Assembly (NCBI GenBank): GCA_043228905.1
Contig: JBHGNT010000017.1
Coordinates: forward strand, 13,206,001 to 13,270,000
Source of the DNA: Azolla caroliniana
Taxonomy: Eukaryota > Plantae > Polypodiophyta
Reading direction: 5' to 3'
DNA: 64,000 bases
Shown: in pieces, positions 38,341 through 49,972 of the stretch
How the letters are laid out: each line of letters opens with the position of its first letter
Numbering within the stretch: position 1 is the stretch's first letter
Program-made: the position numbers and the translations under genes
Notes under the pieces: model-generated
What the model was told of the DNA's origin: nothing
Database searches by the model: none
What the model saw: only the letters and a program-made list of their open reading frames with translations

Positions 38341-41300
38341 TTGTGATTGGATCACACAACAATCAAAACCTGTACTTATAAGTCTCAAAATGATTTGGGT
38401 GTGGTATGTGTTTTTTTCTTCTTCTTAACAACCTAAAAGAGAACAAAGTATGTTTTGATCAAGAGGTTGTATTTGTTGAGATACAAGCTCAACGTTGGCT
38501 GGATCGACTGTGCAAGCCGAGAATCGGATTGGTTGGGACTGATCGGTTAGGCTGGACCGGTGCATAAACTGGGTGCGTAAACCGGTGCGCAACAAGAAGC
38601 CGTAGCGGTGCATAAACCGCGAGGCCGTTGGAAAGATATTCCGTGTAGGAATATATTTTGGGAGTTAGTGTAGAGCTCAGTTATGAGCATTGAAGTACGT
38701 GTCAGTACTTCAGTCAGTCCGTATGGACTTGTATAAAAGTGCTCATTGAGCACATCCTATGTACAGATTGAGTATTATTTTTTGAAGTAGAGTGGTGTGT
38801 ATTTCTCTCTCTCTCTCCCTCTCTCCTGCGTATTGTGTGTGTGTCCAAGCTCTCCATTAAACCTGTGTTTTCCTACGTTTTGCTCTCTGTTGCTTCCGCA
38901 CGTTGTTCTTTTCATATGGTATCAGAGCGCGAGGGTTGAGAACCTCTGCAACCGACCTTAACTTGAGAAGAAAACCTAACCTTTGTAAAGAACAGGAAAA
39001 CAGAATGGATAGAGGCATGGCTAGCTTGCTTCCAATCGAGAAGCTTGACAGAAACAACTACGCGTCTTGGTCGTACAAGATGCACTAGTACCTGCTCGGG
39101 CATGGATATTGGAGCTATGTTGACGGAGCAAATGACACAACACCCGAGTCGACACACAAAGACTTCATGGCTTGGGAACAGTTGGCGAGCAGAGTTCTCT
39201 ACTGCTTCACGTCTTGTGTGGGCAAACAACTTTTGAGCTATATTCGGGATTCGAAAACGCCGACGGATGCTTGGGGAAATCTGAAAAAGATTTTCACCAC
39301 AAGTACCACAGCCAGAAAGCTCCAACTCCGATAGGAGTTGAGCAACTTGTGACAACGCGATTTGTCGGTGGCTGATTACACCAGGAAGATGAAAGATATA
39401 TGTGACTCCTTAGCCTCCATCGATGTGAACGACGAGGAAGGCGAGATGGTGTAGATCTGTCTTGGGGGACTAGTGTTGAAGTTCGGAGCGTTCCGAACTG
39501 CTGTGTGCACACGTGAGAATACGTTGTCGTTTTTGGACCTACAATCGATGCTCCTTATAGAGGAGAACCACATGGGTGCGTCGACGAGTACGCACACTGA
39601 TAGCAAGATGATGTACATGGAGGGAGATAGGCCCCGTGGTCATGGTGGACGAGGTGAGTCTGTGCACAATGGAGGCGGCCGACGGGATCAAGGAAGAAGG
39701 CACTGAAGTGATGCTGACAGCAATTCCGAACCCTCCGGAAACAGGGGGAGTCGAGGCGACGAGAACCGACAAGGGAAAACCTTCACGGAATGTTGGTATT
39801 GTGGAAAGAAAGGCCACAAGGAGAGCGAGTGCTGGAAGAAGCGTGCCAATTCGGAGAAAACCGGATCCGGATACGGACAAATCGACAAAGGAAATCAACA
39901 GTGATCGCACTACGCCGAAGGATCCGAAAAAGTCAGGAAGGGGGGAGCCTTCGTGACGAGATACGAAGCAAACTCGATGAAGAAGACCACCCCAAAATCG
40001 GACGAGGTGTGGTACGTTGACTCCGGTGTGTCAAACCACATGACGAGCCATAAGGAGTGGTTCTCATACCTTGAGAAACCGATGCAACCGGGACTAGTCG
40101 CAACAGGAGACAACACTCCGCATTCAATTGAGAATGTCGGTGAAGTTCCCCTGAGCCATGTCGGGAAAAAAGGAAAACTCATGAACGTGTTACACATCCC
40201 GACAATCACGAAGAATTTGGTGTCGGTCGGGCAGATCGTCGACCAGGGGATGCAAGTCCTTTTCACGCATCTCGGGTGCTTCATGGAGGAGGAAGGCCAA
40301 GTTATTGTGCAAGGGCGTAGAGACGGGAGGATGTTTATCCTCGACACCAACGATGTTGGCACCGCAATGTTCGCGAAAGGAAAAAAAGTCGAGTCGGATA
40401 TCGACTTGTGGCACAAGTGGATAGGCCACGTCAACTATCAAAGGCTTCAAGACTTGCAATCAAACAAGTTATGTTCGGATTGCCCAAATTTAGTGGTCGG
40501 AAGGCCCAAATTTGTGAAGCTTGCTAGCTAGGGAAGCAACACTGACTTCCTTTCCCAAACGAGCGTAACCGGTGTTGGAACAAGCTCGACTTGATACATT
40601 CGGATGTATGGGGGCTGACATAGAACGTTAGTCTTGACGGGAGTCGATATTTTGTCTCCTTCATCGACGACTACTCGCGGCACACGTGGATCTATCTCAT
40701 TGAAAAGAAGAGTGAAGTCTTTGACTGTTTCCGGGACCTCAAAAGCTTCGTAGAAAGGGAAACAGGGAGAAAGATCAAGTGCCTACGGTCGGATGGCGGA
40801 AAAGAGTACTTTTCCGGCCAATTCAACAATTATCTGCAACAAATGGGAATTTAGAGGGAATTCAATTGCAGGTATGCGCCAGAGCAAAACGACGTAGCCA
40901 AAAGGAAAAATCGGTCGGTTGTGGAAGTGGCGCGGGCAATGCTGGAAGAAAAGAGTGTGTCCAAGTTCTATTGGGTCGAAGCGGTACGAACCATGGTCTA
41001 CATCCAGAATCGGATCGGAGACAAAGTGTCGGCACATGAGTTGTACTTCGGAAGAAAGCCGAATCTACGACACTTGAGAGTTTTCGGTAGCATTGCGTAT
41101 GTGTATGTGCCGAAGGAGAAACGGAGGAAGTTGGACGCGAAAGTCGAGAAGTGTATCTTGGTCGGCTATTCAGACAAACAGAAGGGTTATGAGTGTTATA
41201 CCCCGGAACCAAACAAGCTCATGTGAGCCATGATGTTGTGTTTGACGAGTCCGCATCCTGGTACTTGCCTTCGACTTCGGACGTCAACACCAACTCTAGA

Positions 41301-42139
41301 CCTTCGGACCCGAGTTCTGATGATGAGGTCAATGAGGTTGAAATGACTCCGGATGACCACGAAATCAAGACCCTCGATGAGAGTCCGATTTTATTTCGGC
41401 TAAGTGGACCGAACGAGCGACTGGGTCGGTTTGACCAGTTCGAAGAAGAGCCGGCGAGTAGTGGAGACTTAGCCGTGCATTCCCCCCACAGGAAGCCGTG
41501 GAGACGGCTTACACGCAAGGAAAAAGGGAAGAAGAAGATGCTGGAGTACGGCACGGATAAGGGCGAGTTGGATCGTCATGAATCCGACTCCGAGAAGAAT
41601 GATGAAGGACATTCAAGAGCGTAGTCCGCGTTGGCCAAGAGAGCTTCAACATCTGCTAATAGGCAATTACACCGATCTACCCACCAGAAGAACCCAGTTG
41701 TGCAGTTCGGATACAACGAGTACATGGCGCATCACTATGCGTACATGATGCGTGTAGCGGAAGTGTGTGAGCCGGAGAGCTACGCAGAAGCGGCGACGAA
41801 CGCAAATTGGCGTGCCGCAATGGAGGAAAAGATGCGCGCATTGGCGGAGAATGAAACCTAGGACCTATTTGATGCACCGAAGGGTGTGAAGCCGATCGGA
41901 TGTAGGTGGGTGTACAAGGTCAAGTACAACACCAACGGCTCGGTCAACGGGTACAAGGCTTGGTTAGTAGCGAAAGGCTACGCGCAGAAGCACGAGGTGG
42001 ACTACGAGGACACCGTCGCGCTTGTCGCGAAGATGACTACCGTGCGTGTTTTGCTAGCCGTAGCAGCGGCAAAAGGGTGGCATTTACATCAGATCGATGT
42101 CAAGAATGCGTTCCTGCAAGGCGAGTTTGAGGAACATGT

Positions 42140-45100
42140 TGTTGGGATTTCGGTCCCTCCGGATGGGATGTCCGGAGATGAATGACGGCAAGCCCGGTTG
42201 CGGTTACGGAGCCGGATGATGAAGACCCCGGTTATGGAGCCGGATGACGAATGTACCCGGAGAGAGATCCGGATGCGGAGACATATTTGTGAATATGTTT
42301 GCCAAGAGCCCTTGAGGCTATATTTGTAAATAGCCCGAAAGTCATATGTGTATAAATATGACTTAGGGCAAACAGTTAAGTCTGTTGTTGCTCATTTTCT
42401 GTTTTCCACTAAGAGGGAGCGAAGTGAGAGCAGCCGAGAGAGAGTGAGAGAGAAGGAGGAAGGAAGAGGTCGACGCCTCTGTGTAATACCGCCGCCTGTG
42501 GCGAGGACAACGAGCTCAAGGTCGTCGCCTTGCAGCTCGCCATTGTACATTCCCGCGTATAGTGATAGTTGGAGTATTGCACTCCCGTGGTTTTTCCCAT
42601 TTAGGGTTTTCCATGTTATACCCTGTGTATTCGTCTCTCTGTGTCTTTTTCCCATTTTCTGCTGCATTGATCCGTGTTGTCTCGGTTGTGGCCGAGAGGC
42701 GAAAGATTTGATAGCGTCAAATCCTTACAAACTGGTATCAGAGCACGGTAACACAGAAAATGGAAGGCGGCGGTAGTGGGCCTCCGGGCATGATGGTGTT
42801 GAACTCACAGAACTACGCCGACTGGAAGATAAAGATGGAAGACCTCCTCATCGTCCGAGACCTGTACGAACCGATCGACAATGCCGAGATACCCAAGGGG
42901 GTAATAGAGTCGGAGTGGAAGCTCCTGAACCGGAAAGCCGTAGCGACGATCCGGCAATATGTAGATGTAAGTGTTCTGCAACATGTGGCGAACGACACCA
43001 ACGCATATGAGATGTGGAAGAAGCTGTCGGGCCTCTACGAGAGGAAGAATGCGTTGAACCGGACCTCCCTGATGAGGAAGATAGTGAACCTCAAGTACCG
43101 GGACGGCGAGAATATGGTGGAACACGTGAGCACGTTCATGGGATTCGTGAACCAGCTTGCGGCGATCAAGTTCCCGTTGGAGGATGCAATGCAAGCCATC
43201 ATTCTGATGTGTACATTGCCGGAAAGCTGGGAGAACTTGGTGGTGACTCTCAGCACCTCCTGCACGGAAGATAACTTGTCCCTACAAACGGTAAAGACAA
43301 GTATTTTGAACGAAGAAGCGCGTCGGAGAGATAAAGAACCGGCCTCCGACTCGAAGGCGCTGCTTACCGAATCGGAACGGGGAAGACAATGGAACCGGAG
43401 TCCGCAAAGACGGGAGAAGTCGGGGACCCGGTCGCAGTCAAGAGGAAGGCCAACATGCTTCCACTGTGGGAAGCCGGGGCACTTCCGGAAGAATTGTCGG
43501 CATTACCGAAAGGACAACGGAGCCGACGACACCGATTCGAAGAAGTCACCGGAGAGAAACGGTGCATACCGGGGAGCCACGGACCGGAGAGGTCCGGATC
43601 GGCGAGGGCAGGACCGGAAAGGAACGACGGCACTCGCGGCAAGTGAAGAAGAGATAATGCTTATTACCGAAGAGAGGGAGCTGAACCTTGCCGGTGTAGA
43701 GATGACCTGGGTGGTCGATTCCGGAGCGTCGTTCCACCTGACCCCGGAGAAGAAATACTTCTCATCCTACACAGCCGGTGAGCACGGCTGTGTCCGGATG
43801 GGAAATGAAGGCACATGCCGGATTGCCGGCATAGGAGACGTGTGGCTGTTGACATCAACCGGATGCAAGATGCTGTTGAAGGATGTGCGACACGTTCCGG
43901 AGGTCCGATTGAACCTGATCTCGGCCGGGAGGCTAGATGATGAAGGCTACACGGGTAGCATCCGGAACGGTGTCATGAAGTTCAGCAAGGGGAGCCTGAT
44001 AGTGGCTCGGGCCCGGAAGGTCAACACCCTGTACCTGATGAATTCCCGGCTATGTCCGGAGGAGCTGAACGTGGCAGCCGACACTGCCGGTGAGCTGTGG
44101 CACAAGAGACTGTGCCACATGAGTGAGAAGGGGATGAAGAGGCTTGCAGAAGACAACCTTATTCCAGTGAAGCACGTGCACCTGGAGAAGTGCACCAATT
44201 GCCTGGCCGGTAAGCAAAACCGGACCTCCTTCCGCTCAAGGCCACCGACGAGACGTAGCGCACCATTGGAGTTGGTGCACACTGACGTGTGTCAGGTAGA
44301 AACGAAGTCACATGGCGGAGCCCAGTACTTCGTGACTTTCATTGATGATCACAGCCGGAAGCTGTGGACGGCGCCGTTGAAGACAAAGGACCAAGTGTTG
44401 TCCGTCTTCAAAGAACTCCACGCGAGAGTGGAAAGGGAATCCAGCAAGAAGCTGAAAGCGATACGAGCGGATAACGGAGGGGAATACCGGGGGCAGTTCC
44501 AGGAGTACTGTCGCTCGAAGGGAATCCGGCTCGAGTTTACTGTGCCGAAGACGCCGGAACTAAACGGGCTGGCCGAGAGGATGAACCGGACCATAATGGA
44601 GAGGGTCCGGAGTATGCTGGCGCATGCGAAATTACCCAAGGGGTTTTAGGCTGAGGCAATGTCGACGGCGACATACGTGATAAACAGATCACCCTCAGTA
44701 CCTTTGGACGGAGACACACCGCAGAAAGTGTGGACCGGTAAGGAAGTGTCCTACCGGCATCTGAAGGTGTTCGGGTGTCTCGCATACGTGCATGTGGCAA
44801 AGAACCGGAGAGGAAAGCTAGATCCAAAGACCCGGCCATGCATATTCCTCGGTTACGGCGACGACGAGTTCGGCTACCGAGTATGGGACCCGGTCGACAA
44901 GAAGATATTCAGGAGTCGAGACATCATCTTCATGGAGGACAAGACACTCGCCGACTGGGAGTCGGAGAAGAAGATGAAGAGCTCCAAGTCGACCGGTGAG
45001 GATCAACTCTACGAGGAGCAGTCCCGACCGGCAAGGGACCGGTTAACACTCGAGGATCCGGCCGAAGACTATGAGGAAACAGAACCGGCCGAAGAAGATG

Positions 45101-47433
45101 AAAGTGATACCGGAACCGGCCCCGATCCCGAAATGGATTCGGATGAAGAAGAATCGGAAGAACCGGTTACCGAAGCTCCGGAACGGAGATATCCTCTAAG
45201 AGAGAGAAGGGCCCCCCGGAGATTTCCGGAACCAGAGCACGTGCTGCTAACCGACGAAGGGGAGCCGGAGAGCTTTGAAGAAGCAAAGCATGACACCCAG
45301 AGCCGCAGGTGGTTGAGTGCCATGCAGGACGAGATGGATTCCCTGCATGAGAACCACACATATGAACTTGTGGAGTTGCCGAAAGGAAAGCGGGCACTTC
45401 GAAACAAGTGGGTGTTCAAGCTGAAACCGGGAGATGCCAGAAACCCCCCGAGATACAAAGCCAGGATCGTGGTGAAGGGGTTTCAGCAGAAGAAGGGCGT
45501 CGACTTCGACGAGATATTCGCCCCGGTAGTGAAGATGACCTCCATCCGGACGGTGCTGAGCATAGCGGCAAGCATGGACCTCGAGGTAGAACAGATGGAC
45601 GTGAAGACGGCATTCCTTCACGGTGACCTCGAAGAAGAGATCTACATGCAGCAACCGGAAGGATTCGAGAAGAAAGGGAAGGAGCACCTGGTATGCCGGT
45701 TGAAGAAGAGCCTTTACGGACTGAAGTAGGCTCCCCGGCAATGGTACCGGAAGTTCGACTCCTTCATGACCGACGAAGGGTACCACAAAACGCAGTCTGA
45801 TCACTGCGTGTTTGTGAAGAAGTTCGAAGGAGGAGACTCTCTAATACTCCTCCTGTACGTGGACGACATGTTGATCGTCGGACGGGACCAGGTCAAGATA
45901 CGGACGCTGAAGAAAGCGCTTCACCGAACCTTCTCAATGAAGGACCTGGGTCCGGCGAGGCAAATACTAGGGATGCACATCATCCGGGACCGGAAGAAGA
46001 AGCAGTTGTGGCTGTCACAGGAGAAGTACGTGACAAAGGTGCTTCACCGGTTCAACATGTCGGAAGCAAGACCGGTCGGGTCAACCCTCCCGGGAAACTG
46101 CAAGTTGTCCAGCAAGCAAAGCCCCAAGACAAAGGCTGAGAAGGAGGACATGATGAAAGTACCATATGCCTCTGCCGTCGGAAGCTTAATGTACGCAATG
46201 GTGTGTACAAGACCGGACATAGGATATGCAGTTGGAGTGGTGAGCCGGTACATGAGCAATCCCGGCAAAGAGCACTAGAACGCGGTCAAGTGGATACTCC
46301 GATACCTGAAGGGCACAGCAAACGTGTGCCTCCGATTCGGCTCCGGTAAACCCGAATTCGACGGCTTTACCGATTCGGATATGTCGGCTGATGCAGATAC
46401 CAGCCGGTCCACATCAGGGTATGTGATGACGTATGCAGGTGGAGCTGTTTCGTGGCAGTCGAGGCTGCAGAAGACGGTTGCGTTGTCAACCACGGAGGCG
46501 GAGTACATGGCGGCTGTTGAAGCCGGCAAGGAAATAATATGGATGAAGGACTTCATTAGAGAGCTCGGTATCCAGCAGGAGGAGTACCGACTCTACTGCG
46601 ACAGTCAGAGTGCCATCCACCTTGCGAAGAACGCGGCTTATCACTCCCGGACGAAGCACATCCAGCGAAGATATCACTGGATCCGGGAAAGGATAGAAGA
46701 CAAGGAGTTCGTGCTGACGAAGGTCCACACGGACGAGAACGGGTCGGATATGCTGACCAAGGTGCTCACACCCGACAAGCTGGAAGCATGCCGGAAGAGG
46801 ATCGGACTAGAGAGACATCCCATGCCGAAGTGAAGGGGGAGTTTGTTGGGATTTCGGTCCCTCCGGATGGGATGTCCGGAGATGAATGACGGCAAGCCCG
46901 GTTGCGGTTACGGAGCCGGATGATGAAGACCCCGGTTACGGAGCCGGATGACGAATGTACCCGGAGAGAGATCCGGATGTGGAGACATATTTGTGAATAT
47001 GTTTGCCAAGAGCCCTTGAGGCTATATTTGTAAATAGCCCGAAAGTCATATGTGTATAAATATGACTTAGGGCAAACAGTTAAGTCTGTTGTTGCTCATT
47101 TTCTGTTTTCCACTAAGAGGGAGTGAAGTGAGAGCAGCCGAGAGAGAGTGAGAGAGAAGGAGGAAGGAAGAGGTCGACGCCTCTGTGTAATACCGCCGCC
47201 TGTGGCGAGGACAGCGAGCTCAAGGTCGTCGCCTTGCAGCTCGCCATTGTACATTCCCGCGTATAGTGATAGTTGGAGTATTGCACTCCCGTGGTTTTTC
47301 CCATTTAGTGTTTTCCATGTTATACCCTGTGTATTCGTCTCTCTGTGTCTTTTTCCCATTTTCTGCTGCATTGATCCGTGTTGTCTCGGTTGTGGCCGAG
47401 AGGCGAAAGATTTGATAGCGTCAAATCCTTACA
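42140..47433 (+). mobile_element. full-length young Ty1/copia family A element (Tnt1/Tork-like), 5294 bp
   Basis: 590-bp LTRs 42140-42729 and 46844-47433 (5 differences seen); TSD CATGT at 42135-42139 and 47434-47438; PBS 42733-42744; PPT 46832-46841. Confidence 0.98.
42760..46833 (+). pseudogene. family A gag-pol (1357 codons, one frame) with three premature TAG stops
   Basis: CFHCGKPGHFRKNC, WVVDSGASFH, IRADNGGEY, LLLYVDDML, SRTKHI; TAG at 44647, 45727 and 46276 where the sibling copy has TGG, CAG and TGG. Confidence 0.95.
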
Positions 47434-47767
47434 CATGTGTACATGGTACAACCCCTCGGATTCACTCCGGAATGAACCCTTCGACGGTCTGCCGATTGAA
47501 GAAGTTCCTTTACGGACTAAAGCAAGCCCTGCGTGCTTGGAACACAAAAGTCACGCAACGATTACGTCGGATGGGATTTGCGACGTCCAAATCGGACTCC
47601 TCACTATTCATTTGGCAAGGTCGACTCGAGCCGGTTAGTATTTTACTTTATGTTGATGACTTGGTCATCACTGGCGCCGACCTAGGTGAAATTGACCGCG
47701 TAAAGCTCCAACTCGCGGCATCATTTGATATGAAGGACTTGGGGGACCTTCATTACTTCCTCGGGAT

Positions 47768-47867
47768 NNNNNNNNNNNNNNNNNNNNNNNNNNNNNNNNN
47801 NNNNNNNNNNNNNNNNNNNNNNNNNNNNNNNNNNNNNNNNNNNNNNNNNNNNNNNNNNNNNNNNNNN
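47768..47867. other. assembly gap (100 N)
   Basis: Run of N. Confidence 1.
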
Positions 47868-49972
47868 ACGGCTGCTACATTCAGCTCTTCCGGACATAAC
47901 CGGGCATTCATCAGGTACAGAGTGTTGACCTTCCGGGCCCGAGCCACTATCAGGCTCCCTTGCTGAACTTCATTACGCCCGTTCCGGATGCTACCCGTGT
48001 AGCCTTCATCATCTAGCCTCCGGCCGAGATCAGGTTCAATCGGACCTCCGGAACGTGTCGCACATCCTTCAACAGCATCTTGCATCCGGTTGATGTCATC
48101 AGCCACACGTCTCCTATGCCGGCTATCCGGCACGTACCTTCATTTCCCATCCGGACACAGCCGTGCTCACCGGCTGTGTAGGATGAGAAGTATTTCTTCT
48201 CCGGGGTCAGGTGGAACGACGCTCCGGAATCGACCACCCAGGTCATCTCTACGCCAGCAAGGTTCAGCTCCCTCTCTTCGGTAATGAGCATTATCTCTTC
48301 TTCACTTGCCGCGAGTGCCGTCGTTCCTTTCCGGTCCTGCCCTCGCCGATCCGGACCTCTCCGGTCCGTGGCTCCCGGTATGCACCGTTTCTCTCCGGTG
48401 ATTTCTTCGAATCGGTGTCGTCGGCTCCGTTGTCCTTTCGGTAATGCCGACAATTTTTCCGGAAGTGCCCCGGCTTCCCACAGTGGAAGCAAATGGGTCT
48501 TCCTCTTGACTGCGACCGGGTCCCCGACTTCTCCCGTCTTTGCGGACTCCGGTTCCAGTGTCTTCCCCGTTCCGATTCGGTAAGCAGCGCCTTCGAGTCG
48601 GAGGCCGGTTCTTTATCTCTCCGACGCGCTTCTTCATTTAGAATACTTGTCTTTACCGTTTGTAGGGACAAGTTGTCTTCCGTGCAGGAGGTGCTGAGAG
48701 TCACCACCAAGTTCTCCCAGCTGTCCGGCAATGTACACATCAGGATGATGGCTTGCATTGCATCCTCCAACGGGAACTTGATCGCCGCAAGCTGGTTCAC
48801 GAATCCCATGAACGTGCTTACGTGTTCCACCATACTCTCGCCGTCCCGGTACTTGAGATTCACAATCTTCCTCATCAGGGAGGTCCGGTTCAACGCATTC
48901 TTCCTCTCATAGAGGCCCGACAGCTTCTTCCACATCTCGTATGCGTTGGTGTCGTTCGCCACATGTTGTAGGACGCTTACATCGACGTATTGTCGGATCG
49001 TCGCTACGGCTTTCCGGTTCAGGAGCTTCCACTCCGACTCAAGTACCCCTTTCGGTATTTCCGACCTGTCAATCGGTTCGTACAGGTCCCGAACAATCAG
49101 AAGATCCTCCATCTTGATCTTCCAGTCGGCGTAATTCTGTGCATTCAGCACCATCATCATCGGCTGCCCGCTGCCGCCGCCTTCCATTTTCTGCAACAGT
49201 CGCTCTGATACCACTTTGTAAAGCTTTGACGCTATCAAATCTTTCGCCTCTCGGCCACAACCGAGACAACACGGATCAATGCAGCAGAAAAATGAAAACA
49301 GAGACACAGAGAGATGAATACACAGGGTATAACGTGGAAAACCCTAAACGGGAAAAACCACGGGAGTGCACGACTCCAACTACCACTATACACTGGAATA
49401 TACAATGGCGAGCTGCAAGGCGACGACCTTGAGCTCGCTGTCCTCGCCACAGGCGGCGGTATTACACAGAGGCGTCGACCTCTTCGTTTCTCTCTCTCTC
49501 TCTCTCGGCTGCTCTCACTTCGCTCCCTCTAAGTGGAAAAACAGACAATGAGCAACAACCACATAAAACTGTTTGCCCTAAGTCATATTTATACACATAT
49601 GACTTTCGGGCTATTTACAAATATAGCCTCAAGGGCTCTTGGCAAACATATTCACAAATATGTCTCCGCATCCGGATCTCTCTCCGGGTACATTCATCAT
49701 CCGGTTCCGTAACCGGGGTCTTCATCATCCGGCTCCGTAACCGGGGTCTTCATCATCCGGCTCCGTAACCGGGGTCTTCATCATCCGGCTCCGTAACCGG
49801 GGTCTTCATCATCCGGTTCCGTAACCGGGGTCTTCATCATCCGGCTCCGTAACCGGGGTCTTCATCATCCGGCTCCGTAACCGGGGTCTTCATCATCCGG
49901 TTCCGTAACCGCAACCGGGCTTGCCGTCATTCATCTCCGGACATCCCATCCGGAGGGACCGTAATCCCAACA
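47868..49972 (-). mobile_element. family A element, 5' part (LTR, PBS, gag-protease), running into the gap
   Basis: LTR 49972->49217 (756 bp), PBS 49213->49202, gag ATG 49187; a few 1-bp indels relative to the 42760 copy. Confidence 0.95.
49693..49911. repeat. 28-bp tandem repeat, 7 full units plus a partial eighth, in U3
   Basis: TTCATCATCCGG(C/T)TCCGTAACCGGGGTC starting at 49693, 49721, 49749, 49777, 49805, 49833, 49861 and 49889. Confidence 0.97.

Larger units (their letters stand above)
38474..47767 (+). mobile_element. Ty1/copia B2, degenerate, interrupted in RT by a family A element and ending in the gap
   Basis: LTR 38474-38916, PBS 38917-38928, gag ATG 39005, WYVDSGVSNHM, LRSDGGKEY; RT reads AFLQGEFEEH|VYMVQP across the insertion; LLYVDDL at about 47645. 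Confidence 0.92.

Noticed and set aside
42348-46895. Many overlapping antisense and alternative-frame ORFs in family A
   Set aside because: Expected shadows of GC-rich gag-pol and LTR sequence; their recurrence reflects copy identity.
47700-47950. B2/A fusion ORFs across the N run
   Set aside because: Artefact of an unsized scaffold gap.
47940-48380. Programmed frameshifts in the minus-strand A copy
   Set aside because: Single-base indels absent from the 42760 copy and close to a contig end; likely errors or decay.
49693-49911. CRISPR-like array
   Set aside because: Head-to-tail units with no spacers, inside a plant LTR.
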